In this document: positions 1-9,232 of the stretch, in pieces
Numbering within the stretch: position 1 is the first letter of the stretch
How the letters are laid out: each line of letters opens with the position of its first letter
IMG/VR virus record: IMGVR_UViG_3300027759_006101
Coordinates: 186,001 to 250,000 of that record
Strand: one strand, 5' to 3'
DNA length: 64,000 nt
Notes under the pieces: generated by a model
Database searches by the model: none
Seen by the model: only the letters and a program-made list of their open reading frames with translations
What the model was told of the DNA's origin: nothing
Translations under genes and position numbers: made by a program

Positions 1-1
1 T

Positions 2-361
2 TGGTCTTACAGCATCCCACTTAACACCCCAATTATTAAGGTTCCAAGAATACCAGTCATGATAACCTGTTTCCTCGAACGCTTTGATGTTTTGAATAAT
101 CTCTTTAGCACGATGAACAACCCACTCATCATCACAAGTAGCAACTTCCTCTAATGTAAGAAAATTAGTATTCTTGTGCTTATTCACTTCATTGATATAA
201 TCACCTGGAGCAAGATGAGGAGATGATGTTCCCTTTAAAACTTCAGGCATAGGGATGAAGGAGTTGAACAATCCTTCAAGATTGACTTTCTCTTTAAAAA
301 CATTATACTCTTCCTGTGTTTGGAAAATACAGGTGAGTTCGTTCATTACCCAGTTAGGCAT
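2..361 (-). CDS. DUF1281/YubB-like protein, 3'-truncated by window edge (not in ORF track)
   Basis: Hand translation from ATG at 361: MPNWVMNELTC...FNSFIPMPEVL...DWYSWNLNNWGVKWDAVRP. The MPNW start and WY.WN..NWG.KWD motif are typical of this family. Confidence 0.75.
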   Translation of the reverse strand, partial: MPNWVMNELTCIFQTQEEYNVFKEKVNLEGLFNSFIPMPEVLKGTSSPHLAPGDYINEVNKHKNTNFLTLEEVATCDDEWVVHRAKEIIQNIKAFEETGYHDWYSWNLNNWGVKWDAVRP

Positions 362-588
362 CTTTTGGCTTCTTTCTCGTACATCATAAATGTACAGGAT
401 GTTATATCATCTACAACAGTGTATTGCCAGTAATTAAGGGATATATTTCTCTTGTAGAAATTATATCCCTTAAAGCTCTTATGATAGAAATTAAATGTTA
501 CTTGGTCCCACTCTAAGTATTTAATTTCTGCAGCAAGTTGTTTTGCTGCACTAGTCTTCAAAAAATTCTGCATCATCATAGCGCACAT
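346..588 (-). CDS. hypothetical protein
   Basis: ORF in a tightly overlapping - strand run. Confidence 0.5.
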   Translation of the reverse strand: MCAMMMQNFLKTSAAKQLAAEIKYLEWDQVTFNFYHKSFKGYNFYKRNISLNYWQYTVVDDITSCTFMMYEKEAKRCLTG

Positions 589-790
589 TAGTTATGCTAT
601 GATTTTCCATTTCCTCGAATTGATGAACAATATCATATCCACCAGCACCAGCTTCAGCAACAATACACATTTGCAGCATATACATTATGTCATTGAATTC
701 TAATGCATATAATTTACCAGCAACATCATAGTGCTTTATTACGTCATCAGGTATTTCCATTGTACCTGTAATTTTAAAATTGATTTTCAT
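551..790 (-). CDS. hypothetical protein
   Basis: Acidic 79-aa ORF, 4-nt overlap with the upstream ORF. Confidence 0.6.
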   Translation of the reverse strand: MKINFKITGTMEIPDDVIKHYDVAGKLYALEFNDIMYMLQMCIVAEAGAGGYDIVHQFEEMENHSITNVRYDDAEFFED

Positions 791-1041
791 TTGGCTTCCT
801 CAAAATCAATATACTCTACATTTGATTCCATACTAATATTTTTTATCTCGAATTCCTCAATGCTAGAAATATCATTAGGAAATCTTAATAAGTCTTCTGG
901 AAAGGATGGGTCAATTTCTATGCAATCAAAAGAAATTTCTGGATGAAAGAATACACCCTCTGCCTCGAAAACTGTATCGTGCAAAATAACACCATCAGGA
1001 ACAGTGAATTCTGCGACAACTGTAACACGCATCTTTTTCAT
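787..1041 (-). CDS. hypothetical protein
   Basis: 84-aa ORF with GA-rich RBS; N-terminus resembles 551..790 (alternating hydrophobic residues, then IPD/VPD). Confidence 0.6.
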   Translation of the reverse strand: MKKMRVTVVAEFTVPDGVILHDTVFEAEGVFFHPEISFDCIEIDPSFPEDLLRFPNDISSIEEFEIKNISMESNVEYIDFEEAK

Positions 1042-1182
1042 ATTGGCTCTCTCTAATGTAATATATCATAAGAGACATAATAACGCAAACAATAAAAGCT
1101 TCTTTATTGGGAGGGAGAACGACATTGTTCTCCCTCTAATCGCTACAGGACAAGAAGCCAAAATCATCCTGTAGCAATCTTT

Positions 1183-1857
1183 TTAAAAATCAAAGTGCAA
1201 TTGATTCTCTAAACAAGAAGACCAATACCTCGAATTTTTATAACCTTGTTTGACATCCCAATAAATACATCTGGCTATATAATTGGGTGCTTTCATTTTC
1301 TCTGCTCGATAATGCCATTTTCTTTCGCCTTGTTCATACTCGGCAACATCTTTAGAGTTATCTTTCTTATATCCCTGTTCATTCATTCCAAGTAAACGGA
1401 GCATATGAACATCAAGACATACCGCTTGACATTTTTCTGGATAACATAATTCAAGAGCAAAACTTGTTTTTGCTAATCCAATTCCCCACAATTCAAGAGA
1501 GAGACGATTGCGAAACTTAAACCAGTTCTCTCTATTAGTCTTTTTAAACTTTTCTGGATTCGCCCAAAACTTACTCGAAAAGTCCCAAATATACTTTGTG
1601 CGCTGATTATGACAACCTGCTCTACCTATATATAATAAATGAGCAAGTTGGTCTTTATCACTAATCCAAGACTCGAAATTCTTGATATGATTGTATGCAC
1701 GAACATTACTTTCCCACGTAGTATGAATTGATGTATATGCGAACAACCATCTTTGGAAAAATTCTCCATCTGTCTGTGGAGCAATGTTATTCCAATACTC
1801 TTTATATCCATTCACCTTATGGCTATCAACACTCTCTAAAACACTCTGGAAGGTCAT
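1183..1857 (-). CDS. HhH-GPD superfamily DNA glycosylase-like protein (Ogg-like)
   Basis: HhH motif LWGIGLAKTSFAL followed by VCLDVHMLRLLG (candidate catalytic Lys and Asp). Confidence 0.65.
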   Translation of the reverse strand: MTFQSVLESVDSHKVNGYKEYWNNIAPQTDGEFFQRWLFAYTSIHTTWESNVRAYNHIKNFESWISDKDQLAHLLYIGRAGCHNQRTKYIWDFSSKFWANPEKFKKTNRENWFKFRNRLSLELWGIGLAKTSFALELCYPEKCQAVCLDVHMLRLLGMNEQGYKKDNSKDVAEYEQGERKWHYRAEKMKAPNYIARCIYWDVKQGYKNSRYWSSCLENQLHFDF

Positions 1858-1912
1858 TTTGGCTTCGACCCTTTCGTTTGATGTCTTATAGTATCAGATG
1901 TTTAAGGGTGTG

Positions 1913-2215
1913 TCAAAAGATTTTTTTCTTAATCTCGAAATAATGGTCATGAATTTTATTATATAATCGTTTTGAGATTGTTCTTGCATCGATACAAGAT
2001 TTATCTTTTATATTATAATATGATATAATGCATGTAGGGCTATTAAAATGATTAGATATATGTATTTGGGTTTTCTTATCTTTTAAATATATTACTCGAA
2101 AGTTTGGTGCCTCTAATTTGCCGCAACGTTCATCAAGCTTATATAATTTAAAAAGATTGCTCGAAAAGGTGGCTTCATCATCTTCTTCTATTAGTTCTGG
2201 ATATAAGGTACTCAT
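1913..2215 (-). CDS. hypothetical protein
   Basis: 100-aa ORF in coupled operon. Confidence 0.55.
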   Translation of the reverse strand: MSTLYPELIEEDDEATFSSNLFKLYKLDERCGKLEAPNFRVIYLKDKKTQIHISNHFNSPTCIISYYNIKDKSCIDARTISKRLYNKIHDHYFEIKKKIF

Positions 2216-2433
2216 TTTAAAAGTCCTAGTAATCTTTCTATTACTCTTGCAGGCACGTTTTTTAAATCTAACTCAACGTTTACCATTAAAGACTGTTCTC
2301 CAATTAAATCTTTATTTTGATATTCTACTTTTTGATAATTAGCTGTCTCAAAACTCTTTAATAATAATTGAAATAATAACGCAGCTTCATCGTCATTAAG
2401 AATTTGCGCTAGCGCTTGAATCTTCTCTTTCAT
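2212..2433 (-). CDS. hypothetical protein
   Basis: 73-aa ORF, coupled overlap. Confidence 0.55.
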   Translation of the reverse strand: MKEKIQALAQILNDDEAALLFQLLLKSFETANYQKVEYQNKDLIGEQSLMVNVELDLKNVPARVIERLLGLLK

Positions 2434-2608
2434 CTGTAAATAAATTTAATACCTTATAAATAGTGCTGAGCTCAAAATCCTGAATTGAAGTGTGTAAATT
2501 GATCTTATCATCTTCCCAGGACTCAAGCAAATTTGTTAGCAGTGTGATAATATTATCTGATTCAATTTCATTTAAGGAATCAGACAGTTGTAAGAATTTC
2601 TCTTTCAT
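2396..2608 (-). CDS. hypothetical protein
   Basis: 70-aa ORF; begins MKEK like its neighbour. Confidence 0.5.
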   Translation of the reverse strand: MKEKFLQLSDSLNEIESDNIITLLTNLLESWEDDKINLHTSIQDFELSTIYKVLNLFTDEREDSSASANS

Positions 2609-3497
2609 TGTATCTCTTTAATATATCTAATATTGCGTAGTCTTTATTCTTTAATTCTACATCAAACAATACATCTTTATCATAATGTACTGGAAGATTC
2701 TCGGCCATATCACTGTGAGCTCTAGTTCCATTCTTGCCTTCAGAGTAATGGAATATAGGAGCACAATTCCAGGTAGAAAATGCATCGAAAAACGCATCCT
2801 TATGAGAAGTTCCGTGATTCAACATTTCGTGATGCAAATTATCAAATGTAACGGGAATTTCACACCTATTATAAAAATATTTTTTAAGATTAGATACAGT
2901 CCAAGTATTGCCAGTATCGTTGTTCTCTAATACTAGTCTACTCTTTACACTTTCAGATAAGCGCTCGAAATTTTTAATAAACGTTCCTGATAAATCTTCT
3001 GCATCTCCTTCTTTACGTATATGTATATTTAAAGGATTGTAATGGGACCTACTTAAATCTAATCTATCAAATATTTCCCCGTGCATTTCTAAATCAATTA
3101 AGGAATGTTTTATTTTAACGTCGTCATCAGAGGTAAGAGTTATATATTCACTAGGATGTGCGCTTACTCTAATACCTGTTTCTTTAATCGTATGGGATAA
3201 ATCTTCTATTGATTTATTAATAAGATTATAATTTGGCAGATCTTCCAGGGCCAACATTACTTCAGGATGTTTTATTACTGGAGTTAAATCGCTCGAAAGT
3301 CTATATCCCTGAATATTATTAGCAGCACAATGACGAACGATTTTCTCAGACACAGTAAAATTATTAATTATTATCTCTGACAGCTTCTCTAATGATTCGG
3401 ATCTTTCTTTACTCGAAAAAGATTTATAAGTCATTGTTCGAAATTTATGGCCCTGTTCTGCCAAAATGTTCGAAATGCAGCATAAGGAAAGATTCAT
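2580..3497 (-). CDS. uvsE: UV DNA damage endonuclease (UvsE/UvdE)
   Basis: YRLSSDL, SAHPSEY, LVLENND, PVTFDNLHH, HYSEG, AHSD and VELKNKD motifs. Confidence 0.92.
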   Translation of the reverse strand: MNLSLCCISNILAEQGHKFRTMTYKSFSSKERSESLEKLSEIIINNFTVSEKIVRHCAANNIQGYRLSSDLTPVIKHPEVMLALEDLPNYNLINKSIEDLSHTIKETGIRVSAHPSEYITLTSDDDVKIKHSLIDLEMHGEIFDRLDLSRSHYNPLNIHIRKEGDAEDLSGTFIKNFERLSESVKSRLVLENNDTGNTWTVSNLKKYFYNRCEIPVTFDNLHHEMLNHGTSHKDAFFDAFSTWNCAPIFHYSEGKNGTRAHSDMAENLPVHYDKDVLFDVELKNKDYAILDILKRYNEREILTTV

Positions 3498-3513
3498 ATA
3501 AAGATGATATCAT

Positions 3514-3927
3514 ATGCAGGAAGAAAACACTAATATTAAGAAGTTATTTCCTATGAACGAAGAGATTTTAAAGAAGCTCGGTTATAATAGTATTGCTCTC
3601 GAAATGCTTTTAAAAAGAGAAGCTCAAATTGATCCTAGAGATATTATAATGCCAGGAGAAGATAGATCTAGTATTCAACAAGATTATAGTAATGTTGAAA
3701 TTGTATTAGAAAATTTAAAATCTCAAATTATTCAAATTTTAAATACAGCTAAATCTCTACCTCAATTCTTAGAAGGTGAAGAAGGTCCTGATGATTCTGC
3801 ATTCTATGATTACAGAAGATCACTAGTAGATAGTTTAGAAGAAGCGGGAAATAAAATATCTACATTACTAATAGAAAATAATCAATCTAGTAGTGCTGAT
3901 GAATTAGATAACTTTTTACAGCAATAA
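3514..3927 (+). CDS. hypothetical acidic helical protein
   Basis: 137-aa ORF followed by a terminator. Confidence 0.6.
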   Translation: MQEENTNIKKLFPMNEEILKKLGYNSIALEMLLKREAQIDPRDIIMPGEDRSSIQQDYSNVEIVLENLKSQIIQILNTAKSLPQFLEGEEGPDDSAFYDYRRSLVDSLEEAGNKISTLLIENNQSSSADELDNFLQQ

Positions 3928-3928
3928 T

Positions 3929-3961
3929 AAAAAAGGATTCTTCTAGAAAGAATCCTTTTTT
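3929..3961. terminator. bidirectional intrinsic terminator
   Basis: AAAAAAGGATTCTT-CTAG(A)-AAGAATCCTTTTTT. Confidence 0.85.
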
Positions 3962-4068
3962 ATTTAATTCCACAATTAAAGTGTTTAGGGAAGAGTAGAT
4001 TCAGTACTTCATTGTCTTATTCGTCTCTTCAATTAGATCTTATCAACTCTATCCTGTATAATCCTTTT

Positions 4069-4683
4069 ATGCTAGACAATTATGAAAAAGATTCTAATGG
4101 TGTAATATTTCAAAAAGATAGAGAACCATTCTTATACGATTATTCTTACGCAGACAATTATAATACACTTCCTACAAATGATATTATGTCTCACTTGCGT
4201 TTAGGCTACATCATTGGTTCTTTGGGAAAAATGCCAGAATCAATTTTAGATGTTGGATATGGTAATGGTGCTTTTTTAAATTTAGCAAAAAATTACTCGA
4301 AATGTTATGGACACGATATTTCTCATTATCCAATTCCAGAAGGTGTTGAATTTGTAAAAGATATATCTGAAAAACATTTTGATGTAATAACTTTTTTTGA
4401 TGTATTAGAACATTTTCCCAATCCATACTTCCTCGAAAATTTAAATTGTAATTATATTGTTTGCTCTCTACCACATTGCTATAATTTTTCTGATGAATGG
4501 TTTGAGAATTGGAAACATCGAAAACCAAATGAACATCTTTGGCATTTTAATCAAGAATCTTTAATTAGGTTCTTTGATGCACAAGGATACTCAGAAGTCA
4601 ACACCTCTAATTTTGAAGATGTAGTGAGAAAGAGTAAAGAAGAATACTCTAACATTCTTTCTGGAGTGTTTAAGAAAAGATAA
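4069..4683 (+). CDS. class I SAM-dependent methyltransferase
   Basis: ILDVGYGNGAFL and FDVITFFDVLEH motifs; start moved to ATG 4069, 6 nt after TATAAT. Confidence 0.8.
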   Translation: MLDNYEKDSNGVIFQKDREPFLYDYSYADNYNTLPTNDIMSHLRLGYIIGSLGKMPESILDVGYGNGAFLNLAKNYSKCYGHDISHYPIPEGVEFVKDISEKHFDVITFFDVLEHFPNPYFLENLNCNYIVCSLPHCYNFSDEWFENWKHRKPNEHLWHFNQESLIRFFDAQGYSEVNTSNFEDVVRKSKEEYSNILSGVFKKR

Positions 4684-4709
4684 AAAAGAGGAGCAAAGCT
4701 CCTCTTTTT
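4683..4709. terminator. bidirectional intrinsic terminator
   Basis: AAAAAGAGGAGC-AAA-GCTCCTCTTTTT between convergent genes. Confidence 0.9.
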
Positions 4710-4711
4710 CT

Positions 4712-4939
4712 TTACGCTGCTAGTAAATCTAAACTGAATTGTATTTGTCTCATTACAGGGATAAAATCATTAACATCGATTTTCTCATCTTGTAATACCT
4801 CGAAAATCTTTAGCGCATTATATTTAGCACTATCTGGCATATCTGAGCAATTGTAAAAATAAGAAACATAGTCTATCAAAGCATCATATAACATTTTATT
4901 TTTCTTTGTCATCTCCCACACCTCAAGATATATTTTCAT
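4712..4939 (-). CDS. hypothetical protein
   Basis: 75-aa ORF ending at a terminator. Confidence 0.55.
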   Translation of the reverse strand: MKIYLEVWEMTKKNKMLYDALIDYVSYFYNCSDMPDSAKYNALKIFEVLQDEKIDVNDFIPVMRQIQFSLDLLAA

Positions 4940-4983
4940 TAATATCTTTTACTCGAAATCCTATCCTAATAACTCTTTTATTC

Positions 4984-5559
4984 TTATTTCAAAATTACAC
5001 CTAAATCTTTTAAAACTTTCCTCGAAATGTTAGGAAAACCAGTCATAACTATTTTATCACTCTCTAAAGAAAGTTCTATCTCTTGATCGAAAAATAACTC
5101 TTCCTTGGAAATCTTATTAGAGAAGAAATAAAACTCTTGATTAAGGCTACCTCTAAGAGAATCTTCTGTCTTATACTCTTCCTCATACCGTCCATCAATT
5201 AAAACATCTATATACTCTAAACATTTTTCTCTAAGAGGATTTTCTCGGATTTCATTACGAGAAAATCCAGTAAACAATATAATTCCTTTAGGGAGTTTTA
5301 TTTCTTTTAAGAGAAATAAAAGCTCTAACAATTCTCTCTCTTGCTCTAAAGGATCTCCGCCAGATATTGTTATTCCATCTACCTCGAAATTTTTTATTAG
5401 CTCGAAAATTTGTCTAGGAGAAAGTTCTTTATAAACTTCATAGCTCCAAGTCTCAGGATTAAAACAATTCTTACATCCTTTAGAACAACCTTGAGTCCAT
5501 AATACAAATCTTAATCCTGGGCCATTTACTTTACTTAAACAATAACCTCGAATATTCAT
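4984..5559 (-). CDS. radical SAM 4Fe-4S protein, NrdG-like (anaerobic RNR activase family)
   Basis: NGPGLRFVLWTQGCSKGCKNCFN (CxxxCxxC), ISGGDPLEQ, IDGRY and LRGSLNQ motifs. Confidence 0.8.
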   Translation of the reverse strand: MNIRGYCLSKVNGPGLRFVLWTQGCSKGCKNCFNPETWSYEVYKELSPRQIFELIKNFEVDGITISGGDPLEQERELLELLFLLKEIKLPKGIILFTGFSRNEIRENPLREKCLEYIDVLIDGRYEEEYKTEDSLRGSLNQEFYFFSNKISKEELFFDQEIELSLESDKIVMTGFPNISRKVLKDLGVILK

Positions 5560-6767
5560 AGGCTCGAAATCTGTCTCCCCTCTAATGATAAAATGTTGAA
5601 GCTAAATAAGAAAGATATTCTTATGCACTAACATAAGAATATTCTAAAAGAAATAGGCTCGAAAATTTGGCCTCTCTAATTGTTTGGGAGATGAAGGTAA
5701 AGATTTATCTTACATAGAATAATACTTATTACGTCCCAAAATTTATAGTTCAATTTAGATTGTTCTCGCTTTTTCTTAAGAGCCCCGATAACTGAGACCA
5801 ATCTTTCTTCTAGTGTGAACAATCTTTATCTATATTAGACCATTCTTTAATCTAATATTTCTTTTTTTTCTCTATGGTAATAATTATTTTTCTCCCTTAT
5901 TAAAAAGCTCGAAATATATTTTCTTTCTTATATAACAAAAAATAGATCCCTCGAATTTGAAGGATCTATTTCTTTTTTAATAATGGTGTTTTAGGATATG
6001 TATTGTTCTATAATGTGTTAATATATTCCTTCTCTAATAATGTAATAAAAATATTATTCTCCATATAGTCTCCACCCTGTCTCCACTCAACCTCCACTAG
6101 TATTATAATTTTGTAATTATAATATGTGAATAATGTTATAAGGTCTCCACTGTTTTTATATTTTCTTTTTTCTGTAAATTTTTATGCTCAAAAGGTATCA
6201 AAAACTTATATTTGAGGATAAGTCTGTATTAATGCAAGGTAGCTGATTCATTAAAGGAATATGTTTCTTATATGTAGAAGAGACAAAGTCTTTATATAAT
6301 TTTAATAGTGTTTGATATGCTCGAAAATTGTTTTACTCTAATGGTGTTTATAAAAGCTCGAAATATATTGTTGTTTAGTGGTGTATTGTTTTAGTTTGTA
6401 ATATTTCATCTTGGTATAGTAGATTATTAATTATTTTGATTGTTGTTTGTTTTTCTTTAATGGCGAAAAATAATATAATGATGAGAAAGATTAATGTTAT
6501 GTATGGTTTTATGTTTTTCATTATTTGCTCGAAAATGTTTGTTTCTCTAATAGTGTTTTTGAAATTTATATTGTTCATCTATATTGTCTATGATAAATCT
6601 TTCTATATGGAATTTTAAAGATGTTTGTTCTATGTAGTCTAACATTTCTTTTGTTCTCTCTAATGGGTTTTTTAAATTGCTCAGAATATTATATAAGCTT
6701 TTCTACTAATGGGCAAAAAAGAAATGCTCGAAAAGTAGATGGATAATTTAAGTAGAATATATATTGT
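5560..6767. other. ~1.2-kb AT-rich, essentially non-coding region with iterated motifs (candidate origin or packaging control region)
   Basis: Longest gene-poor stretch in the window. Contains 9 CTCGAA and 6 CTCTAA, an 18-bp direct repeat AAAAGCTCGAAATATATT (5903 and 6352), clustered CTCCAC repeats (~6070-6150) and a hairpin AATAGATCC/GGATCTATT (~5941-5970). Confidence 0.55.
6733..6759 (+). promoter_or_regulatory. putative phage late promoter AAG(G/T)-N16/17-TAGAATA
   Basis: AAGT-N16-TAGAATA here and at 46202 (+); AAGG-N17-TAGAATA at 23011-22984 (-); AAGG-N16-TAGAATA at 50390-50364 (-). Confidence 0.5.
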
Positions 6768-7352
6768 ATGGATAAATTATTAAAGGTTGCAAGTTTATTA
6801 GATAATCTTGGTAGTTATGTTTTATCTGATAAGTTATATAAGATTGCTGAATTGTATATTCCTCCTGTTGAATTTTATGAGGGTGTTGACAAGAGGCATT
6901 ATAATGATTACAGGGCTCCGGGAAGTAAATCTTATGATGAGATGATGATTTCTCGAATGAAGAATATGCCTAAGAATTTATCAGGTACAGCCGTTATGGA
7001 TGGCAGTATGTATCGTGACAATCCATATACTCCGAAAGAAATATTAGATATTAGAAAAAAATTAATCCCTACTAATTTCAGGAATGAGATTAGTCGTTAT
7101 GAGAGTGGGGATAGTGTAAGTAACAGTAGTAATCCGAGAAGTTTTGTTACTAGTTTATTTGAGTTTGGTAGAAAGAATGGGATGAATAATTTGACAGCTG
7201 CTTTTGATGCTTATGCTGATAGTGGTGCAACATATAATAATCAGAGTATAAAGAATATCCCTCAATTAAAGAAATTATATATGCAGATAAAATCTAATCC
7301 TCGAATGTTTAGTGAGACAGAAATTGGAGATATGTTGGAAGTTTTGTTTTAA
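6768..7352 (+). CDS. hypothetical putative virion-internal protein with shared helical leader
   Basis: N-terminus MDKLLKVASLLDNLGSYVLSDKLYKIAE. Confidence 0.7.
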   Translation: MDKLLKVASLLDNLGSYVLSDKLYKIAELYIPPVEFYEGVDKRHYNDYRAPGSKSYDEMMISRMKNMPKNLSGTAVMDGSMYRDNPYTPKEILDIRKKLIPTNFRNEISRYESGDSVSNSSNPRSFVTSLFEFGRKNGMNNLTAAFDAYADSGATYNNQSIKNIPQLKKLYMQIKSNPRMFSETEIGDMLEVLF

Positions 7353-7354
7353 AG

Positions 7355-7391
7355 AAAAAAATCCCTCGAATCTTTAATCGGGGGATTTTTT
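7355..7391. terminator. bidirectional terminator with CTCGAA in the stem/loop
   Basis: AAAAAAATCCC...GGGATTTTTT between convergent genes. Confidence 0.75.
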
Positions 7392-9150
7392 ATTTAATTA
7401 TTTGTTTTATTTTATATGCTGCTTTTGTATATATGCCTGGGTTTACAGTTTCAGGAGTGGATGTGTAATTTGGCACGTATTGTTCTGAGAGTAATCTTAA
7501 AACAAAATCCTGAAATTGTTCTTCAAAATCAGCTGCCTTACGTCTTGCAAAAAAGGGAATTCTTTTAATTGGTATTGAGAAATAATTTGCAAAGTTGTTT
7601 TTAATTTGATCAGAAACAATTTTATTTGTAATATCCATCTCTGTGTTTGGTCTTGCGTAATAATGATCACTTCCATCAAATTCTAAAATATATTGAATTC
7701 TTTTACTACTGTCTAAAACAACAGCATCAAAAGAATATGATAGTGGATCAAAATTATTATTATTCAAAAAGATAGAATAAGAATCTGCAAAACCATCTTT
7801 ATTAGGTGTGTAAGTTGTACATTTCCATTTAGTGCAGGATCTCATTTCATCATTTGCAGTTTCTGCACACTCTAGCTCAAACTCATATAATTTTTTATCT
7901 TCGAAATCTGGATCTTCAGGTGTAAGATTTTTTCTATACGACCAGCCATCTTTTACTTCTGGGATTTTTTCAAATTCAGTGTTAGATAAATTGAAGCAAT
8001 GGATAGTTTTTCCATTTCTTTCGATTACTGTTTTATGTGATTTTATGCTACTAAAGAGATAAGTAAAAATGTCTTTGTTTCTATCTTTTTTGATTTGTGT
8101 TTCAACAAACTCTTCGAATCTGGGATCGAGTTTACATAGAAATCCTTGCTTAAAAAATAAATTTTGTGGAAGTATATTTTGAGTAAGATTGGTTTGTTGA
8201 ATGTTAAAAAAAACTTTATCACCAAGACTTGATGTTGGCTCTCTTTTATCAATGATCAATTCTTCGTAAACAGTTTTTAAATCACTATTAAATGGATCTC
8301 TTAATTGTCTGAGTGATAATATATGATAATTTTCATTGTTGAAATTATATATTGATATTTCTTTATTATTGATATCTATAATTTTATCATATTTTTGTTC
8401 TACAGATATTTTATATGTTCTTTCAGTAATGTCTTTTGGTAGTGTTCTTAGGAAACTTTCCCAAGCAATAGGATTTTCTCTGAATGATAAAACTTTTGGA
8501 TTCATTTCATTCCTAAAGATATTTAATTGTTGTTTGTCTAGAGCATTAAGATTGCTTTTAGATTTTAATTGATACCACACATCATTAAAATAATATTGTT
8601 TTGGCAAACCTTCATATACTGTTTCAGAAAATCTATTTGATATTATATTTTTATTTTTCATATCTCTTAAAATATTTAAGAATGTTTGAGCATCAGGAGT
8701 TATAAAGTCAATTCTGTATTTATTATTTATTTCATAATCAGGATAACGTATATTTTTATTGTTTTTTCTAATAAAAGGTATAGGTTGCACTCCGAGTTGT
8801 GCATATGCATTTTGTATTATATCTAAATTTGGAAGATCTTTTAATAAGGGTTTTCCAATTCTTAGTATTAAAGTATTATTTTGTCCAGGTTCTGTGTTTA
8901 TATCAGCAAAATAATGTGGTGAAGAAGAATAAAATTGTGTAAGTTGAGTTGCTTTTTCTTGAGATAATCTTTCAATAAAAATTTGTTTACTTGCAAATTT
9001 AGTTTTTGATAGTAAAGTTATGTGATCTTTTGTATCTTTTAATAAATTGTTAAATTCTTCTGGGGATAGATCATTGACTGAAATAGGAGCTGGCATATCG
9101 TATTGAACGATTTTGCTTTTTGGCATTCTTATCTTGATTCTATAATACAT
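7390..9150 (-). CDS. large hypothetical protein with C-terminal Vsr/DUF559-like PD-(D/E)XK nuclease domain
   Basis: C-terminal SFDAVVLD...ILEFDGSDHY...DQIKNNFA...IPIKRIPF pattern. Confidence 0.6.
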   Translation of the reverse strand: MYYRIKIRMPKSKIVQYDMPAPISVNDLSPEEFNNLLKDTKDHITLLSKTKFASKQIFIERLSQEKATQLTQFYSSSPHYFADINTEPGQNNTLILRIGKPLLKDLPNLDIIQNAYAQLGVQPIPFIRKNNKNIRYPDYEINNKYRIDFITPDAQTFLNILRDMKNKNIISNRFSETVYEGLPKQYYFNDVWYQLKSKSNLNALDKQQLNIFRNEMNPKVLSFRENPIAWESFLRTLPKDITERTYKISVEQKYDKIIDINNKEISIYNFNNENYHILSLRQLRDPFNSDLKTVYEELIIDKREPTSSLGDKVFFNIQQTNLTQNILPQNLFFKQGFLCKLDPRFEEFVETQIKKDRNKDIFTYLFSSIKSHKTVIERNGKTIHCFNLSNTEFEKIPEVKDGWSYRKNLTPEDPDFEDKKLYEFELECAETANDEMRSCTKWKCTTYTPNKDGFADSYSIFLNNNNFDPLSYSFDAVVLDSSKRIQYILEFDGSDHYYARPNTEMDITNKIVSDQIKNNFANYFSIPIKRIPFFARRKAADFEEQFQDFVLRLLSEQYVPNYTSTPETVNPGIYTKAAYKIKQIIK

Positions 9151-9232
9151 TTCATAAGTTTTATACGTTATGATGTACTGCTATCCCTCGAAAAAGTGGG
9201 AGATTTTTCTTTTTAAGTAGAATAAATATAGT

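Noticed and set aside
6375-6618. Short ORFs 6375..6578 (-) and 6436..6618 (+)
   Set aside because: Low-complexity AT-rich translations, mutually overlapping, with no clear RBS; 6375..6578 cannot be fully excluded.
5560-6767. CRISPR array
   Set aside because: Repeats are 6-18 bp, irregularly spaced, with no constant repeat-spacer period and no cas genes.
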